From contig JBBRXG010000003.1 in NCBI GenBank assembly GCA_038248655.1, forward strand, positions 14,879-78,878: 64,000 bases of DNA, in the 5' to 3' direction. Below are positions 35,945 through 47,276 of this stretch, piece after piece. A program made the position numbers and the translations under genes. Below the pieces are notes generated by a model. It was not told the origin of the DNA. It saw nothing but the letters and a program-made list of their open reading frames with translations, and did not search any database. The stretch comes from Gaiellales bacterium (GTDB lineage: Bacteria > Actinomycetota > Thermoleophilia > Gaiellales > Gaiellaceae). Within the stretch, counting starts at the first letter, position 1. Every line of letters starts with the position of its first letter.

Positions 35945-36057
35945 GGGGTCAGACCCCTGCCATGTTCGGAGCGGCCACCGGTGGGCCAAACGTCCCTGCA
36001 AAGGCCGCTCATAGCATGTTGGATGCTCTGCAAGGGGGGTCAGACCCCTGCCGTGTC
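35945..36057. repeat. Pair of direct repeats GGGGTCAGACCCCTGCCRTGT flanking a 78-nt structured spacer (pgk-tpiA intergenic)
   Basis: Core palindromes lie at 35945-35957 and 36036-36048. The repeats match at 20/21 nt. The spacer holds additional hairpins (GGCCACCGGTGGGCC, AGCAT-N5-ATGCT). Confidence 0.7.
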
Positions 36058-37104
36058 CCGTCGCGCCGGGGGGATCGCCGACACGCCGGGCAGCTCCTTG
36101 CCCTCGAGCAGCTCGAGCGAGGCACCGCCGCCGGTCGAGACCCAGTCGATCTCGCCGGCGAGCCCGCTTTCCTCGAGCGCCCGCACCGAGTCGCCGCCGC
36201 CGACGACGCTGTACGCGGGGGCGGCGGCGATCGCACGCGCGATCGCGACCGTTCCCTCCGCGAAGCGCGGCCACTCGAAGACACCCATTGGCCCGTTCCA
36301 GAACACCGTCCGCGCCATCGCGATGCGCTTCGCGTAGCCCGCGCACGTCTCGGGCCCGATGTCCAGGCCGAGCCACCCATCCGGAACGTCCATGGCGGGA
36401 ACGACGATCGCCTCCGCATCGGCCTCGAACGCGGCCGCGGCGACGACATCTCTCGGCAGCTTCACCTCGACGTCGATCGGGTGCATCCGGATCTCCTCTG
36501 CCATCTTCCCGCCGACGAGGACGACGTCCGCGCGTTTCGCGAGGGTGCGCAACACGCCGATCTTGTCCTCCACCTTCGCCCCGCCGACGATCGCCACGAA
36601 CGGACGCCCCGGCTCCTCGAGCAGCTTGCCGAGCTCGATCAGCTCGCGCTCGAGCAGCAGTCCGGCGAAGGCCGGCAACAGGTGGGCGACGCCCTCCGTC
36701 GACGCGTGCGCGCGGTGAGCGGAGCCGAAGGCGTCATTCACGTAGACGTCCGCCAGCGAGGCGAGCTCCTCCGCGAGCTTCGGGTCGTTCGCCGTCTCCC
36801 CGGGGTCGAAACGTGTGTTCTCGAGCACCCGCACCCGGCCGTCCGCGTCGAGCAGATCGTGGAGCCGCTCAGCGACGGGCGCGATCGCGTAGGCGGGATC
36901 GGGCCCCTTCGGGCGCCCGAGGTGCGAGCAGACGATCACCTCCGCCGCCCCGCGCTCGAGCAGGAGCCGAATCGTCGGGAGCGCCGCCCGGACCCGGGAG
37001 TCGTCCGCGACCCGGCCGTCCTCGAGGGGGACGTTCAGGTCGGCGCGGACGAGCACGCGCCTGCCCGCGATGTCGGCGTTCCGAACCGAGCGGGGGAGCC
37101 TCAC
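36040..37104 (-). CDS. pgk: Phosphoglycerate kinase
   Basis: 354 aa: RADLNVPL, NDAFGSAHRAHAS, FWNGPMGVFE, STGGGASLELLEGK. The stop codon is the central TGA of the palindrome. Confidence 0.9.
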   Translation of the reverse strand: MRLPRSVRNADIAGRRVLVRADLNVPLEDGRVADDSRVRAALPTIRLLLERGAAEVIVCSHLGRPKGPDPAYAIAPVAERLHDLLDADGRVRVLENTRFDPGETANDPKLAEELASLADVYVNDAFGSAHRAHASTEGVAHLLPAFAGLLLERELIELGKLLEEPGRPFVAIVGGAKVEDKIGVLRTLAKRADVVLVGGKMAEEIRMHPIDVEVKLPRDVVAAAAFEADAEAIVVPAMDVPDGWLGLDIGPETCAGYAKRIAMARTVFWNGPMGVFEWPRFAEGTVAIARAIAAAPAYSVVGGGDSVRALEESGLAGEIDWVSTGGGASLELLEGKELPGVSAIPPARRDTAGV

Positions 37105-37105
37105 C

Positions 37106-38140
37106 TCAGGCGCTGGCGGCAGCGGCCCCGACCGGCAGCGTCTTCCCGATCATCGCGATCAGGTCGACGATCCGGCAGCTGTAGCCCCACTCGTTGTCGT
37201 ACCAGCCGAAGACCTTTGCCATCGTCCCGTTCGCCATCGTCAATTCGCTGTCGAAGATGCACGAGTACGGGGAGCGCTCGATGTCGGAAGAGACGAGCGG
37301 CGCGTCCGTGAACTGGAGGTAGCGGCCGAGCGGTCCGCCGGCCGCCTTCCGGTAGGCGTCGATCACCTCGTCTCGCGTGACCTCGCGGCCGAGCCTGACG
37401 ACGAGATCGGTGATCGATCCCGTCGGTACGGGGGCGCGGACGGAGACCCCGTCTACCTTCCCGTTCAAGCCCGGCAGGACGAGCCCGATCGCCTTCGCCG
37501 CCCCGGTCGAGGTCGGAATCAGGTTGATCGCCGCAGCGCGTGCCCTGCGCAGATCCTTGTGCGGGAGGTCGAGGATGCTCTGGTCGTTCGTGTACGCATG
37601 GATCGTGGTCATGAATCCCTGCTCGACGACGAAGGCGTCGTTCAGCACCTTCGCGAGCGGCGCGACGCAGTTCGTCGTGCAGGAGGCGTTCGAGACCACG
37701 TGGTGGGACGCCGGGTCGTAGGCGTCGTCGTTGACGCCGAGGACGAGCGTGACGTCGGGCTCGGTCGCCGGCGCGGAGATCACCACCTTCTTAGCGCCCG
37801 CGTCGAGGTGCTTCTGCGCGTCCTCGCGCTTCGTGAAGAAGCCCGTGGACTCGAGCACGACGTCGACGCCCAGCTCGCCCCACGGCAGCGCGGCGGGGTC
37901 GCGCTCGGCGAGCATCCTGATCTCGCTGCCGGCGGCGACGATCGCTCCGTCGCGCTCCTCGACCTCGTGCCCGAGCGGGCCGAGCACCGAGTCGTACTCG
38001 AGCAGGTGCGCCATCGTGTGCGCGTCGCCGAGATCGTTCGCGGCGACGATCTCGAAGTCGCCGCCGCGCTCCAGCTGGGCACGGAAGAAGTTGCGCCCGA
38101 TGCGCCCGAACCCGTTGATGCCTACGCGAACCTTGGCCAT
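37106..38140 (-). CDS. gap: Glyceraldehyde-3-phosphate dehydrogenase, type I
   Basis: 344 aa: [39 protein letters not shown]. Confidence 0.9.
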   Translation of the reverse strand: MAKVRVGINGFGRIGRNFFRAQLERGGDFEIVAANDLGDAHTMAHLLEYDSVLGPLGHEVEERDGAIVAAGSEIRMLAERDPAALPWGELGVDVVLESTGFFTKREDAQKHLDAGAKKVVISAPATEPDVTLVLGVNDDAYDPASHHVVSNASCTTNCVAPLAKVLNDAFVVEQGFMTTIHAYTNDQSILDLPHKDLRRARAAAINLIPTSTGAAKAIGLVLPGLNGKVDGVSVRAPVPTGSITDLVVRLGREVTRDEVIDAYRKAAGGPLGRYLQFTDAPLVSSDIERSPYSCIFDSELTMANGTMAKVFGWYDNEWGYSCRIVDLIAMIGKTLPVGAAAASA

Positions 38141-38365
38141 GTCGTCGCCCCCCAGTCGTTGTCCGCTGCGAGTCTAACCGGGCATCTGCAGACGGAAATC
38201 CGTAGTCGGCCGAAGACCGAGCGCGGGCCGGAGGGGAAGCTCCGAGGACGACCTCCCCCTCCGGTCATGCCGCGCTCAGGACCGAGCCGGCAGACGGGGT
38301 CTGAATCCGCCGGCGGACGAGCGCGGACCCGCGGGGGAGAGTATGGAGCATCGGACCCCGTAACG

Positions 38366-39301
38366 CTACAGCCGGGGCGACGCGAGTCCGGCGAGCGAGA
38401 CGAGCCGCCCGAGGCGCCGATGCGCCGTCGCCTTCGTCGCCGGAGGCCTGCACTTCGCGCCGAGCTCGCGTGCCGACGACGACGGGTTCCGGAGCCTGAG
38501 CTCTGCGACCTCGCGGAGCGACGGGGAGAGCCGCTCCAACCCTCCCGCCTCCTCGAGGCTGCGGATCGCCTGCACCTGGAGGTGTGCAGCCCGGCTCATC
38601 CGGACGAGGTTTGCGTGGTCGGCGTTCGCGAGCCGATTGGCGTGGGCACGCGCATCGCCGACCACCGCGTGCTCGTCGATCGCAAGGGCGCTGTCTCCGG
38701 AACCGGCGAGCGCGAGCGCGTCGGCGACCGCGTCGGCGCCCTTCGCATAGGCGATCGCGTGACGCCCGCGGTCGTGGACACGTAGCGGCACGTCCTCGCG
38801 CTCTGCGACCCACGCGACGAGCGCGGCGCCGGCCCTCGTCGAGCTGCGGATCTCCAGGTGCAGCGCGCGCGGGCCGCTGACCGAGCCGCCGCCCAGGAAC
38901 GCGCCGCGCAGATACGCACGCCGGCAGCACGAGCGCCCGATTACCCGCTTCGGGGGCACCTCGAGCGGCGCGTGGCCGGCCGAGAGCACTCCGGCCCGGC
39001 GCAGCACCCCGAGCACACCCGCCGTCCCGGGCACGTGCAGCTGGTAGCGGGTGCCGCCCTCGAACGCACGCCGACGGTACGTTCGGATCTCGGTCTCGAC
39101 ACCGAAGTCGCGGAGGAGGCCGAACCCGCGCCGGGCGACGGCGGACTCGGCGAGATCGAGGTGGACGGAAAACTCACCGTGGCCGCGCAGATGGAGGCTG
39201 CCGGCGGTGTGGAAGAGACCCGAGAGCTCCGCCAGGCGGTCGCAGTCGCGCGTCGGCTCGATCGCCGCGAGCTCGCGGCGGACGTCCTCAGAGAGCGACA
39301 C
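38366..39301 (-). CDS. whiA: DNA-binding sporulation/cell-division regulator WhiA
   Basis: 311 aa with a LAGLIDADG-like N-domain (ELSGLFHTAGSLHL) and a C-terminal HTH (SLREVAELRLRNPSSSARELG). Confidence 0.9.
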   Translation of the reverse strand: MSLSEDVRRELAAIEPTRDCDRLAELSGLFHTAGSLHLRGHGEFSVHLDLAESAVARRGFGLLRDFGVETEIRTYRRRAFEGGTRYQLHVPGTAGVLGVLRRAGVLSAGHAPLEVPPKRVIGRSCCRRAYLRGAFLGGGSVSGPRALHLEIRSSTRAGAALVAWVAEREDVPLRVHDRGRHAIAYAKGADAVADALALAGSGDSALAIDEHAVVGDARAHANRLANADHANLVRMSRAAHLQVQAIRSLEEAGGLERLSPSLREVAELRLRNPSSSARELGAKCRPPATKATAHRRLGRLVSLAGLASPRL

Positions 39302-39806
39302 CCTCGAGCTCCAGCAGACGGCGCTTGTAGTCGATGCCGAGCGACCCGTACGACCCGACCCCGGCCGCGGCGAGGACGCGGTGGCAGGGAAGGATCAGCG
39401 GCAGACGGTTGTGGGCGCAGAAGGTGCCCGCCGCCCGCTGGGCGTTCGGGTACCCGGCGAGCGCGGCCAGCTCGCCGTAGGTGACCGTCTCACCGTAGCC
39501 CACCCTGCGCAGCACGTTCGCAACCGCGAGCTGGAACGGCGTGCACCATTCGAGATCGAGGCTGACGCGCCCGAACGAGACCCGCTCGCCGGCGAAGTAC
39601 CGCCGGACGAGCCGCGCGGCTTCCGGCACGGAACCGGCACGGTCGCGTGCGTCCGATGCCGCTAGCGTGATCGCAGGGGGGTCGAAGCCCCCCTCGGGGG
39701 GGTACGCTCGCAGACGCGTCGGCAGCTCGTGCCAGACGGGCACGTCGCCGTCGAACCACAGCTCCCCCACGCCCCAGTCATCGGCCGCGTAGCGGACGAC
39801 CTGCAT
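39288..39806 (-). CDS. ogt: Methylated-DNA--protein-cysteine methyltransferase
   Basis: Active site LILPCHRVL and TYGELAALAGYPNAQRAAG. I prefer the ATG at 39806. The gene overlaps the whiA start by 14 nt. Confidence 0.75.
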   Translation of the reverse strand: MQVVRYAADDWGVGELWFDGDVPVWHELPTRLRAYPPEGGFDPPAITLAASDARDRAGSVPEAARLVRRYFAGERVSFGRVSLDLEWCTPFQLAVANVLRRVGYGETVTYGELAALAGYPNAQRAAGTFCAHNRLPLILPCHRVLAAAGVGSYGSLGIDYKRRLLELEGVAL

Positions 39807-39822
39807 CGCCGCCCACCATACA

Positions 39823-41469
<1,647 letters not shown>

Positions 41470-41651
41470 ACCGCGGTTCTTACGGGATCCTTACCGCCCT
41501 CTCAGCGTGCTCTAACACCTCGTTCCTAGCCTACGGTCATGCGTTTCCTCGCAGTAGCCGCCGGGTGGCTGACGATTCTCGTGCTCGTGCTGCCCGTCAA
41601 GGGCTTCTAGGCAACCCCCCCGAGACACCGGCGGATGACGCAGTCCGGCGG

Positions 41652-42395
<744 letters not shown>

Positions 42396-42404
42396 GCCGG
42401 GATC

Positions 42405-44255
42405 CTAGGCCCGGCCTGCCTTGTGCAGCTGAGCGTAGATCGCACGGGCTGTCCTCTCCGGGACGCCGGGGACGCCCTCGAGCTCCTCCTGCGTCGCGTC
42501 GAGCAGACGCTCGACCGACCCGAAGTGGCGGAGGAGCGCACGTCGTCTCGTTGGGCCGACCCCCTGGAGATCGTCGAAGATCGACCCGCGCGCCTTCGCG
42601 TCGCGTCGCTGGCGGTGGAAGCCGAGCGCGAAGCGGTGGGCCTCGTCCCGGACGCGCTGGAGGAGCTGGAGGCCGGCCGACTCCCGCCCGAGCACGATCG
42701 GCGCCGCGCGGCCCGGGACGAAGACCTCCTCCTCGCGCTTGGCGAGCGAGATCACGGCGACGCGCGGGAGGTCGTAGGCCTGGATCGCCGCCAGCGCCGC
42801 GGACAGCTGGCCCTTCCCGCCGTCGATCACGATCAGGTTCGGGGTGGCGGCGAACGACTCGTCGTAGTCGTCCGCGGTCGCGTCCTTCAACCGGGCGAAG
42901 CGCCGCGAGACGACCTCGCCGATCGCGGCGAAGTCGTCCGGCCCCTCGAGGTCGCGGACGCCGAACTTCCGGTAGTGGGCCTTCTTCGGGGCGGCGTCCT
43001 GGAAGACCGCCATCGAGCCGACCGGAGACTCGGACTGGATGTTCGAGATGTCGAAGCACTCGATCCTGATCGGCAGGCTCTCCAGGTTCAGCGCCTCGCG
43101 GAGCTCCTCGAGCGCCTCGACCCGGCGCAGGCGCCGCTGCTCGGTCTGGAGCACGTCCGACTCGACGGCGAGGCGGGCATTCTGGTCGGCGAGCTCCTGG
43201 AGGCGCCGCTTGTCCCCGCGCTCCGGCGTGCGCACCTCGACGCGGGACCCGCGCCGGTCGGTGAGGAACTGCGCGAGCGCCGCCGTGTCCCCGGCGCCGC
43301 GCGGCACGACCAGCTGCGGCGGCACGCTCGGCGCCGAGCCGTAGTACTCGAGGCAGAACGCCTCCAGCACCGCCGCGGTGTCCTCGCCCTCGACGTTCTC
43401 GAGATGGAAGGCGTAGCGGTCGACGAGCTTGCCGTCGCGGAGCGGGAAGATCTGCACCGCAGCCCGGTCGCCGGCGATCGAGATCCCGATCACGTCGACG
43501 GTCCCGACCGCCCGCCGGTCGGCGCCCTGGATCTCGGCGAGGTGGCGGATCGCGAACAGACGGTTGCGGTAGCGGGCGGCGTCCTCGAATCGCTCGTCGG
43601 CGGCAGCCTCGTGCATCCGGCGCTCGAGGTCGCGGAGGACCGGCCGCGTGTTCCCGGAGAGGAACTCGATCACCCGCTCGATGATTTCCCGGTAGCTGTC
43701 CGGGTCGATGTAGCCGACGCACGGGGCCTTGCAGCGCTCGATGTGGTAGTCGAGGCAGGGAATCCCCGAGTGACGCCCCGGCTGCGGCCCTTCGCACGGC
43801 CGGTACGGGAACACGCGGTTGAGGACGTCGAGCGTCTCGCGCACCTTCTTCGCGTTCGCGTACGGGCCGAAGTAGACCACCCCGCGGCGGTGTCGTTCCC
43901 GGGTGAACATCACGCGCGGATACTCGTCCTCGACCGTGACGGCGATGTAGGGGAACGACTTGTCGTCTCGCAACCGGATGTTGAAGGGGGGCCGGTGGCG
44001 CTTGACGAGGTTCTGCTCGACGTGCAGAGCCTCGACCTCGGTGCCGGTGATGATCACCTCGATGTCGCAGACGCGCCCGGCGAGGCCGACGATCTGGGCC
44101 CGTCCGTCGCCGCCGCGCTGAAAGTACGAGCGCACGCGCGGACGGAGCGATTTCGCCTTGCCGATGTAGAGGACGCGCCCGTCGGCGCCCTTCAGGAGGT
44201 AGACGCCCGGCCTGGTCGGGAGCGACTTCAGCCGGGCTTCAATTCTTTCTAACAC
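42405..44255 (-). CDS. uvrC: Excinuclease ABC subunit C
   Basis: 616 aa with a GIY-YIG N-terminus (PGVYLLKGADGRVLYIGKAKSLRPRVRSYF), a UvrBC domain and a C-terminal HhH. Confidence 0.9.
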   Translation of the reverse strand: MLERIEARLKSLPTRPGVYLLKGADGRVLYIGKAKSLRPRVRSYFQRGGDGRAQIVGLAGRVCDIEVIITGTEVEALHVEQNLVKRHRPPFNIRLRDDKSFPYIAVTVEDEYPRVMFTRERHRRGVVYFGPYANAKKVRETLDVLNRVFPYRPCEGPQPGRHSGIPCLDYHIERCKAPCVGYIDPDSYREIIERVIEFLSGNTRPVLRDLERRMHEAAADERFEDAARYRNRLFAIRHLAEIQGADRRAVGTVDVIGISIAGDRAAVQIFPLRDGKLVDRYAFHLENVEGEDTAAVLEAFCLEYYGSAPSVPPQLVVPRGAGDTAALAQFLTDRRGSRVEVRTPERGDKRRLQELADQNARLAVESDVLQTEQRRLRRVEALEELREALNLESLPIRIECFDISNIQSESPVGSMAVFQDAAPKKAHYRKFGVRDLEGPDDFAAIGEVVSRRFARLKDATADDYDESFAATPNLIVIDGGKGQLSAALAAIQAYDLPRVAVISLAKREEEVFVPGRAAPIVLGRESAGLQLLQRVRDEAHRFALGFHRQRRDAKARGSIFDDLQGVGPTRRRALLRHFGSVERLLDATQEELEGVPGVPERTARAIYAQLHKAGRA

Positions 44256-44278
44256 GCGTCAAGCGTAGCCAGGGTATT

Positions 44279-45730
44279 TTGAGACGCGTGCGCGGGATCC
44301 TCGGGGTCGCCCTGGTCACACTTGCGCTCGCCTCGCCCGCCGCGGCGGGCGGGCCGACGATGCTCGTCGGAGCCGCCGAGGACAGCGTCCGCCAGCCGAC
44401 GCTGACCGAGACGAAAGCGAAGCTCGACCTGCTTCGCCTCGCCGGGCTGGACGCGGTCCGGGTCACCTCGATCTGGGACCCGGCCAATCCGGAGCCTTCC
44501 GGAGACGAGGTGAACGAGCTCGCCAACGTCGCAGCTGCGGCCAAGCTCGACGGGATGCAGAGCTTCGTGGCGATCTACCACTTCGGCAGCAAGACGACCC
44601 CGTTGACCGCCGACGCGCAGGCCAGCTTCGCCAACTACGCCGCCTCGCTCGCGCGCCGGATCCCGGACCTCCGCAACTTCATCATCGGCAACGAGCCGAA
44701 CCTGAACCGCTTCTGGCTGCCACAGTTCAATCCGGACGGGACCGACGCCGCCGCGCCCGTCTACCTGTCCCTGCTCGCGCGCACGTACACGGCCCTGAAG
44801 GCTGTCTCGCCGGAGATCAAGGTGTTCGGCGGTGCGATCTCGCCGCGCGGGATCGATCGTCCGGGCACCGGCCGAGACACGCACTCCCCGACCGTCTTCA
44901 TCCAGGATCTCGGATCCGCGTACAAGTCGAGCGGGCTCAGCGGCCCGGTGATGGACGCGCTCGCGATCCACCCTTACCCCGAGAGCTCGGGCATCCCGCC
45001 GACCTTCGCGCACCCGAACTCGACCCCGATCGGGATCGCCGACTACACGAAGCTGGTCGCCCTCCTCGCCTCCGCGTTCGACGGCACCGGCCAGCCCGGC
45101 TCGACCCTGCCGATCCTGTACGCCGAGTACGGAGTCGAAACCCAGATCCCGGCCGCGAAGGCGTCGCTCTACACCGGCACCGAGCCGGCGACGATCAAGC
45201 CGGTGCCCGAGGCGACCCAGGCGGCGTACTACCGGCAGGCGATCGCGATGTCCTTCTGCCAGCCGAACGTGATGGGGCTCTTGATCTTCCACGCGTTCGA
45301 CGAGCCGGCCCTCGACCGCTTCCAGTCCGGCATCTACTACGCGGACGGGACGCCCAAGAGGAGCCTCGGCACGGTGCGGGACGCGGTGCGCGAGACGCAC
45401 GGCGGCGTGATCGCCCGCTGCCCCGGGCTGCAGCTGACGCCCAGGGCGAGGATTGCGTACCCGCGGATCCGCTCCGTTGCCGCCGGCACGGCGGCGATCG
45501 CGGTCGCCTGCGACATCGACTGCAACGTCTACGCGAGGCTCGAGCGCCTCCCCCGCCACTCGACCACCCTCGCACGCCGCGTCAAGGTGCTCGCAGGGGA
45601 GCGCGCCCTCGTCCAGTTCCGGAGGCTGGCGCTCGCGCGAGGCCGGTACCGGTTCACCGTCAGGCTGACGGCACCGGTGAACGTCGGCCCGCCACAGATC
45701 GTTGCCAGCGGCCCGCTGATCGTCCGCTGA
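44279..45730 (+). CDS. Secreted TIM-barrel glycoside-hydrolase-like protein (clan GH-A-like)
   Basis: Signal peptide (GVALVTLALASPAAAGG), IIGNEPN (acid/base-like) and LYAEYG (nucleophile-like). The family assignment is tentative. Confidence 0.55.
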   Translation: MRRVRGILGVALVTLALASPAAAGGPTMLVGAAEDSVRQPTLTETKAKLDLLRLAGLDAVRVTSIWDPANPEPSGDEVNELANVAAAAKLDGMQSFVAIYHFGSKTTPLTADAQASFANYAASLARRIPDLRNFIIGNEPNLNRFWLPQFNPDGTDAAAPVYLSLLARTYTALKAVSPEIKVFGGAISPRGIDRPGTGRDTHSPTVFIQDLGSAYKSSGLSGPVMDALAIHPYPESSGIPPTFAHPNSTPIGIADYTKLVALLASAFDGTGQPGSTLPILYAEYGVETQIPAAKASLYTGTEPATIKPVPEATQAAYYRQAIAMSFCQPNVMGLLIFHAFDEPALDRFQSGIYYADGTPKRSLGTVRDAVRETHGGVIARCPGLQLTPRARIAYPRIRSVAAGTAAIAVACDIDCNVYARLERLPRHSTTLARRVKVLAGERALVQFRRLALARGRYRFTVRLTAPVNVGPPQIVASGPLIVR

Positions 45731-45754
45731 GGCGTCCTCGCTAGCATCTGACGC

Positions 45755-46450
45755 GTGGTGGAGGGCCAGTACGTTGCGTACACGTGTTATCGGGTCGATC
45801 GGGCGTGGCGCCGTCTGCCCATCGACGAGCGCGCGGCCGGAAAGGACGCGTTCGCCGAGGTGGTCGAGTCGTGGGCCGGTCGGATGGACGGGCTCCGCGC
45901 CTACACCTGCACCGGGGTCCGGGGCGACTGCGACTTCTTCCTCTGGAAGATCGCCGAGCGCTATGCCGATCTCGGCGAGCTCGCCACCGGGCTGAACGCG
46001 ACGCCGCTGGCCGGGTGGCTGGAGACCCCCTACTCGTACCTCGCGACGACGCGAGCGTCCCAGTACACGAACGCGCGCAAGCCGCGAAAGATCGTCCCGC
46101 ACGACCAGCCGTACCTCGTCGTCTACCCGTTCGTGAAGGTGCGGCCCTGGTACGCGCTTCCGGAGGTCGATCGAAAGCGGGCGATGGACGAGCACATCCG
46201 GATCGGGCGCGAGGAGTTTCCGGGGATCCACAATCACACGACGTACTCGTTCGGGATCGACGACCAGGAGTTCATGACCGCGTTCGAGTGCGACGAGCCG
46301 TCTGACTTCATGCACCTAATGCTTCGCCTCCGCGACAGCGAGGCGAGCCGGTACACGGAGCGGGACACGCCGATCTTCGTCGGCCGGCTCGTGGAGATCC
46401 GCGCCGCGCTCGACGCGCTCGACGGCGCCGCAGCAAGGGTCGGGGCGTAG
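45755..46450 (+). CDS. hemQ: Chlorite-dismutase-family coproheme decarboxylase (HemQ/ChdC)
   Basis: 231 aa: YLVVYPFVKVRPWYALP, MDEHIRIGREEFPGIHNHTTYSFGIDDQEFMTAFE. Confidence 0.8.
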   Translation: MVEGQYVAYTCYRVDRAWRRLPIDERAAGKDAFAEVVESWAGRMDGLRAYTCTGVRGDCDFFLWKIAERYADLGELATGLNATPLAGWLETPYSYLATTRASQYTNARKPRKIVPHDQPYLVVYPFVKVRPWYALPEVDRKRAMDEHIRIGREEFPGIHNHTTYSFGIDDQEFMTAFECDEPSDFMHLMLRLRDSEASRYTERDTPIFVGRLVEIRAALDALDGAAARVGA

Positions 46451-46614
46451 CTCAGGGACATCTCGGCGGGACTGTCCCGGAGCTCCCGGCGAATCGACCC
46501 GCCGTACCCTGGGGATGAATCGGCACGCAACTGTTCCAACCCCGGTCTCAGAGACTGGGTGGTAAACGCCACGAGGTGAGACCCGGCCCAAAGGGCGACG
46601 ACGGCGACGCTTGC

Positions 46615-46977
46615 CTAGATATACGTGTGCTGATCGCGCCAGGTACGCCACATCGCGAACCCGGCGGCGGCGAGCACGACGACGAACACGACGGCGTCCA
46701 GGCCGGTCTCGTCCGTGAACGAGATCGCTGCGATGTCGGCGACGATCAACAGCGCGCCTCCGTAGAAGACCCCCCGCGCCCGCCCCGGCCAGACCGAGAT
46801 CTCGCTCCGCCGCTCGCGCCACATCAGGTAGAGGAAGAACGCGATCGCGAGCAGGAACGCGATCCGCGCGAGCAGGAACAGGGCGGTCAGCGTCGCCTCG
46901 AGCTGCAGGGCGACGATCAGGGCCGCGACCGCGGCGATGATCAGGAAGCCGCGCAGCGTAGGATTGATCCGGCTCAC
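46615..46977 (-). CDS. Integral membrane protein, unknown function
   Basis: 120 aa with four hydrophobic helices and high GC3. Confidence 0.5.
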   Translation of the reverse strand: MSRINPTLRGFLIIAAVAALIVALQLEATLTALFLLARIAFLLAIAFFLYLMWRERRSEISVWPGRARGVFYGGALLIVADIAAISFTDETGLDAVVFVVVLAAAGFAMWRTWRDQHTYI

Positions 46978-47028
46978 CGGGTCAGGGTAGCGGCGCGTAC
47001 ACCGTGGCCTGCCACCGACGTCAGGCTA

Positions 47029-47112
47029 TGCGGATGAGAGGACTTGAACCTCCACGAGCCGAAGCCCACACGGACCTGAACCGTGCGCGTCTACCAATTC
47101 CGCCACATCCGC
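47029..47112 (-). tRNA. tRNA-Leu (anticodon CAG)
   Basis: 84 nt, reverse complement GCGGATGTGGCGGAATTGGTAGACGCGCACGGTTCAGGTCCGTG...TCATCCGCA. It has a long variable arm and the anticodon loop TTCAGGT. Confidence 0.9.
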
Positions 47113-47276
47113 GCGGGCGCGCATTGTAGCCGCGGGTAGGCTGGGGTCGTGGTCGAGGAAGGCCAGCCGGCGTCGGACTTCGCGTTGTCCGTCGTGCGGG
47201 TCCTCCGCCGGGTCGAGCCCGGCGAGCACGCCGACCTCGTGCTCGGGACGCTCGGGGCGCCGCTACCATTTTCGCC

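Noticed and set aside
46451-46614. Possible ncRNA in the hemQ / membrane-protein convergent spacer (hairpin GGGACA-N11-TGTCCC at about 46455-46478; near-palindrome CCGGTCTCAGAGACTGG).
   Set aside because: The first hairpin is adequately explained as a hemQ terminator-like structure. The second has no loop and matches nothing else in the window. The evidence is insufficient.
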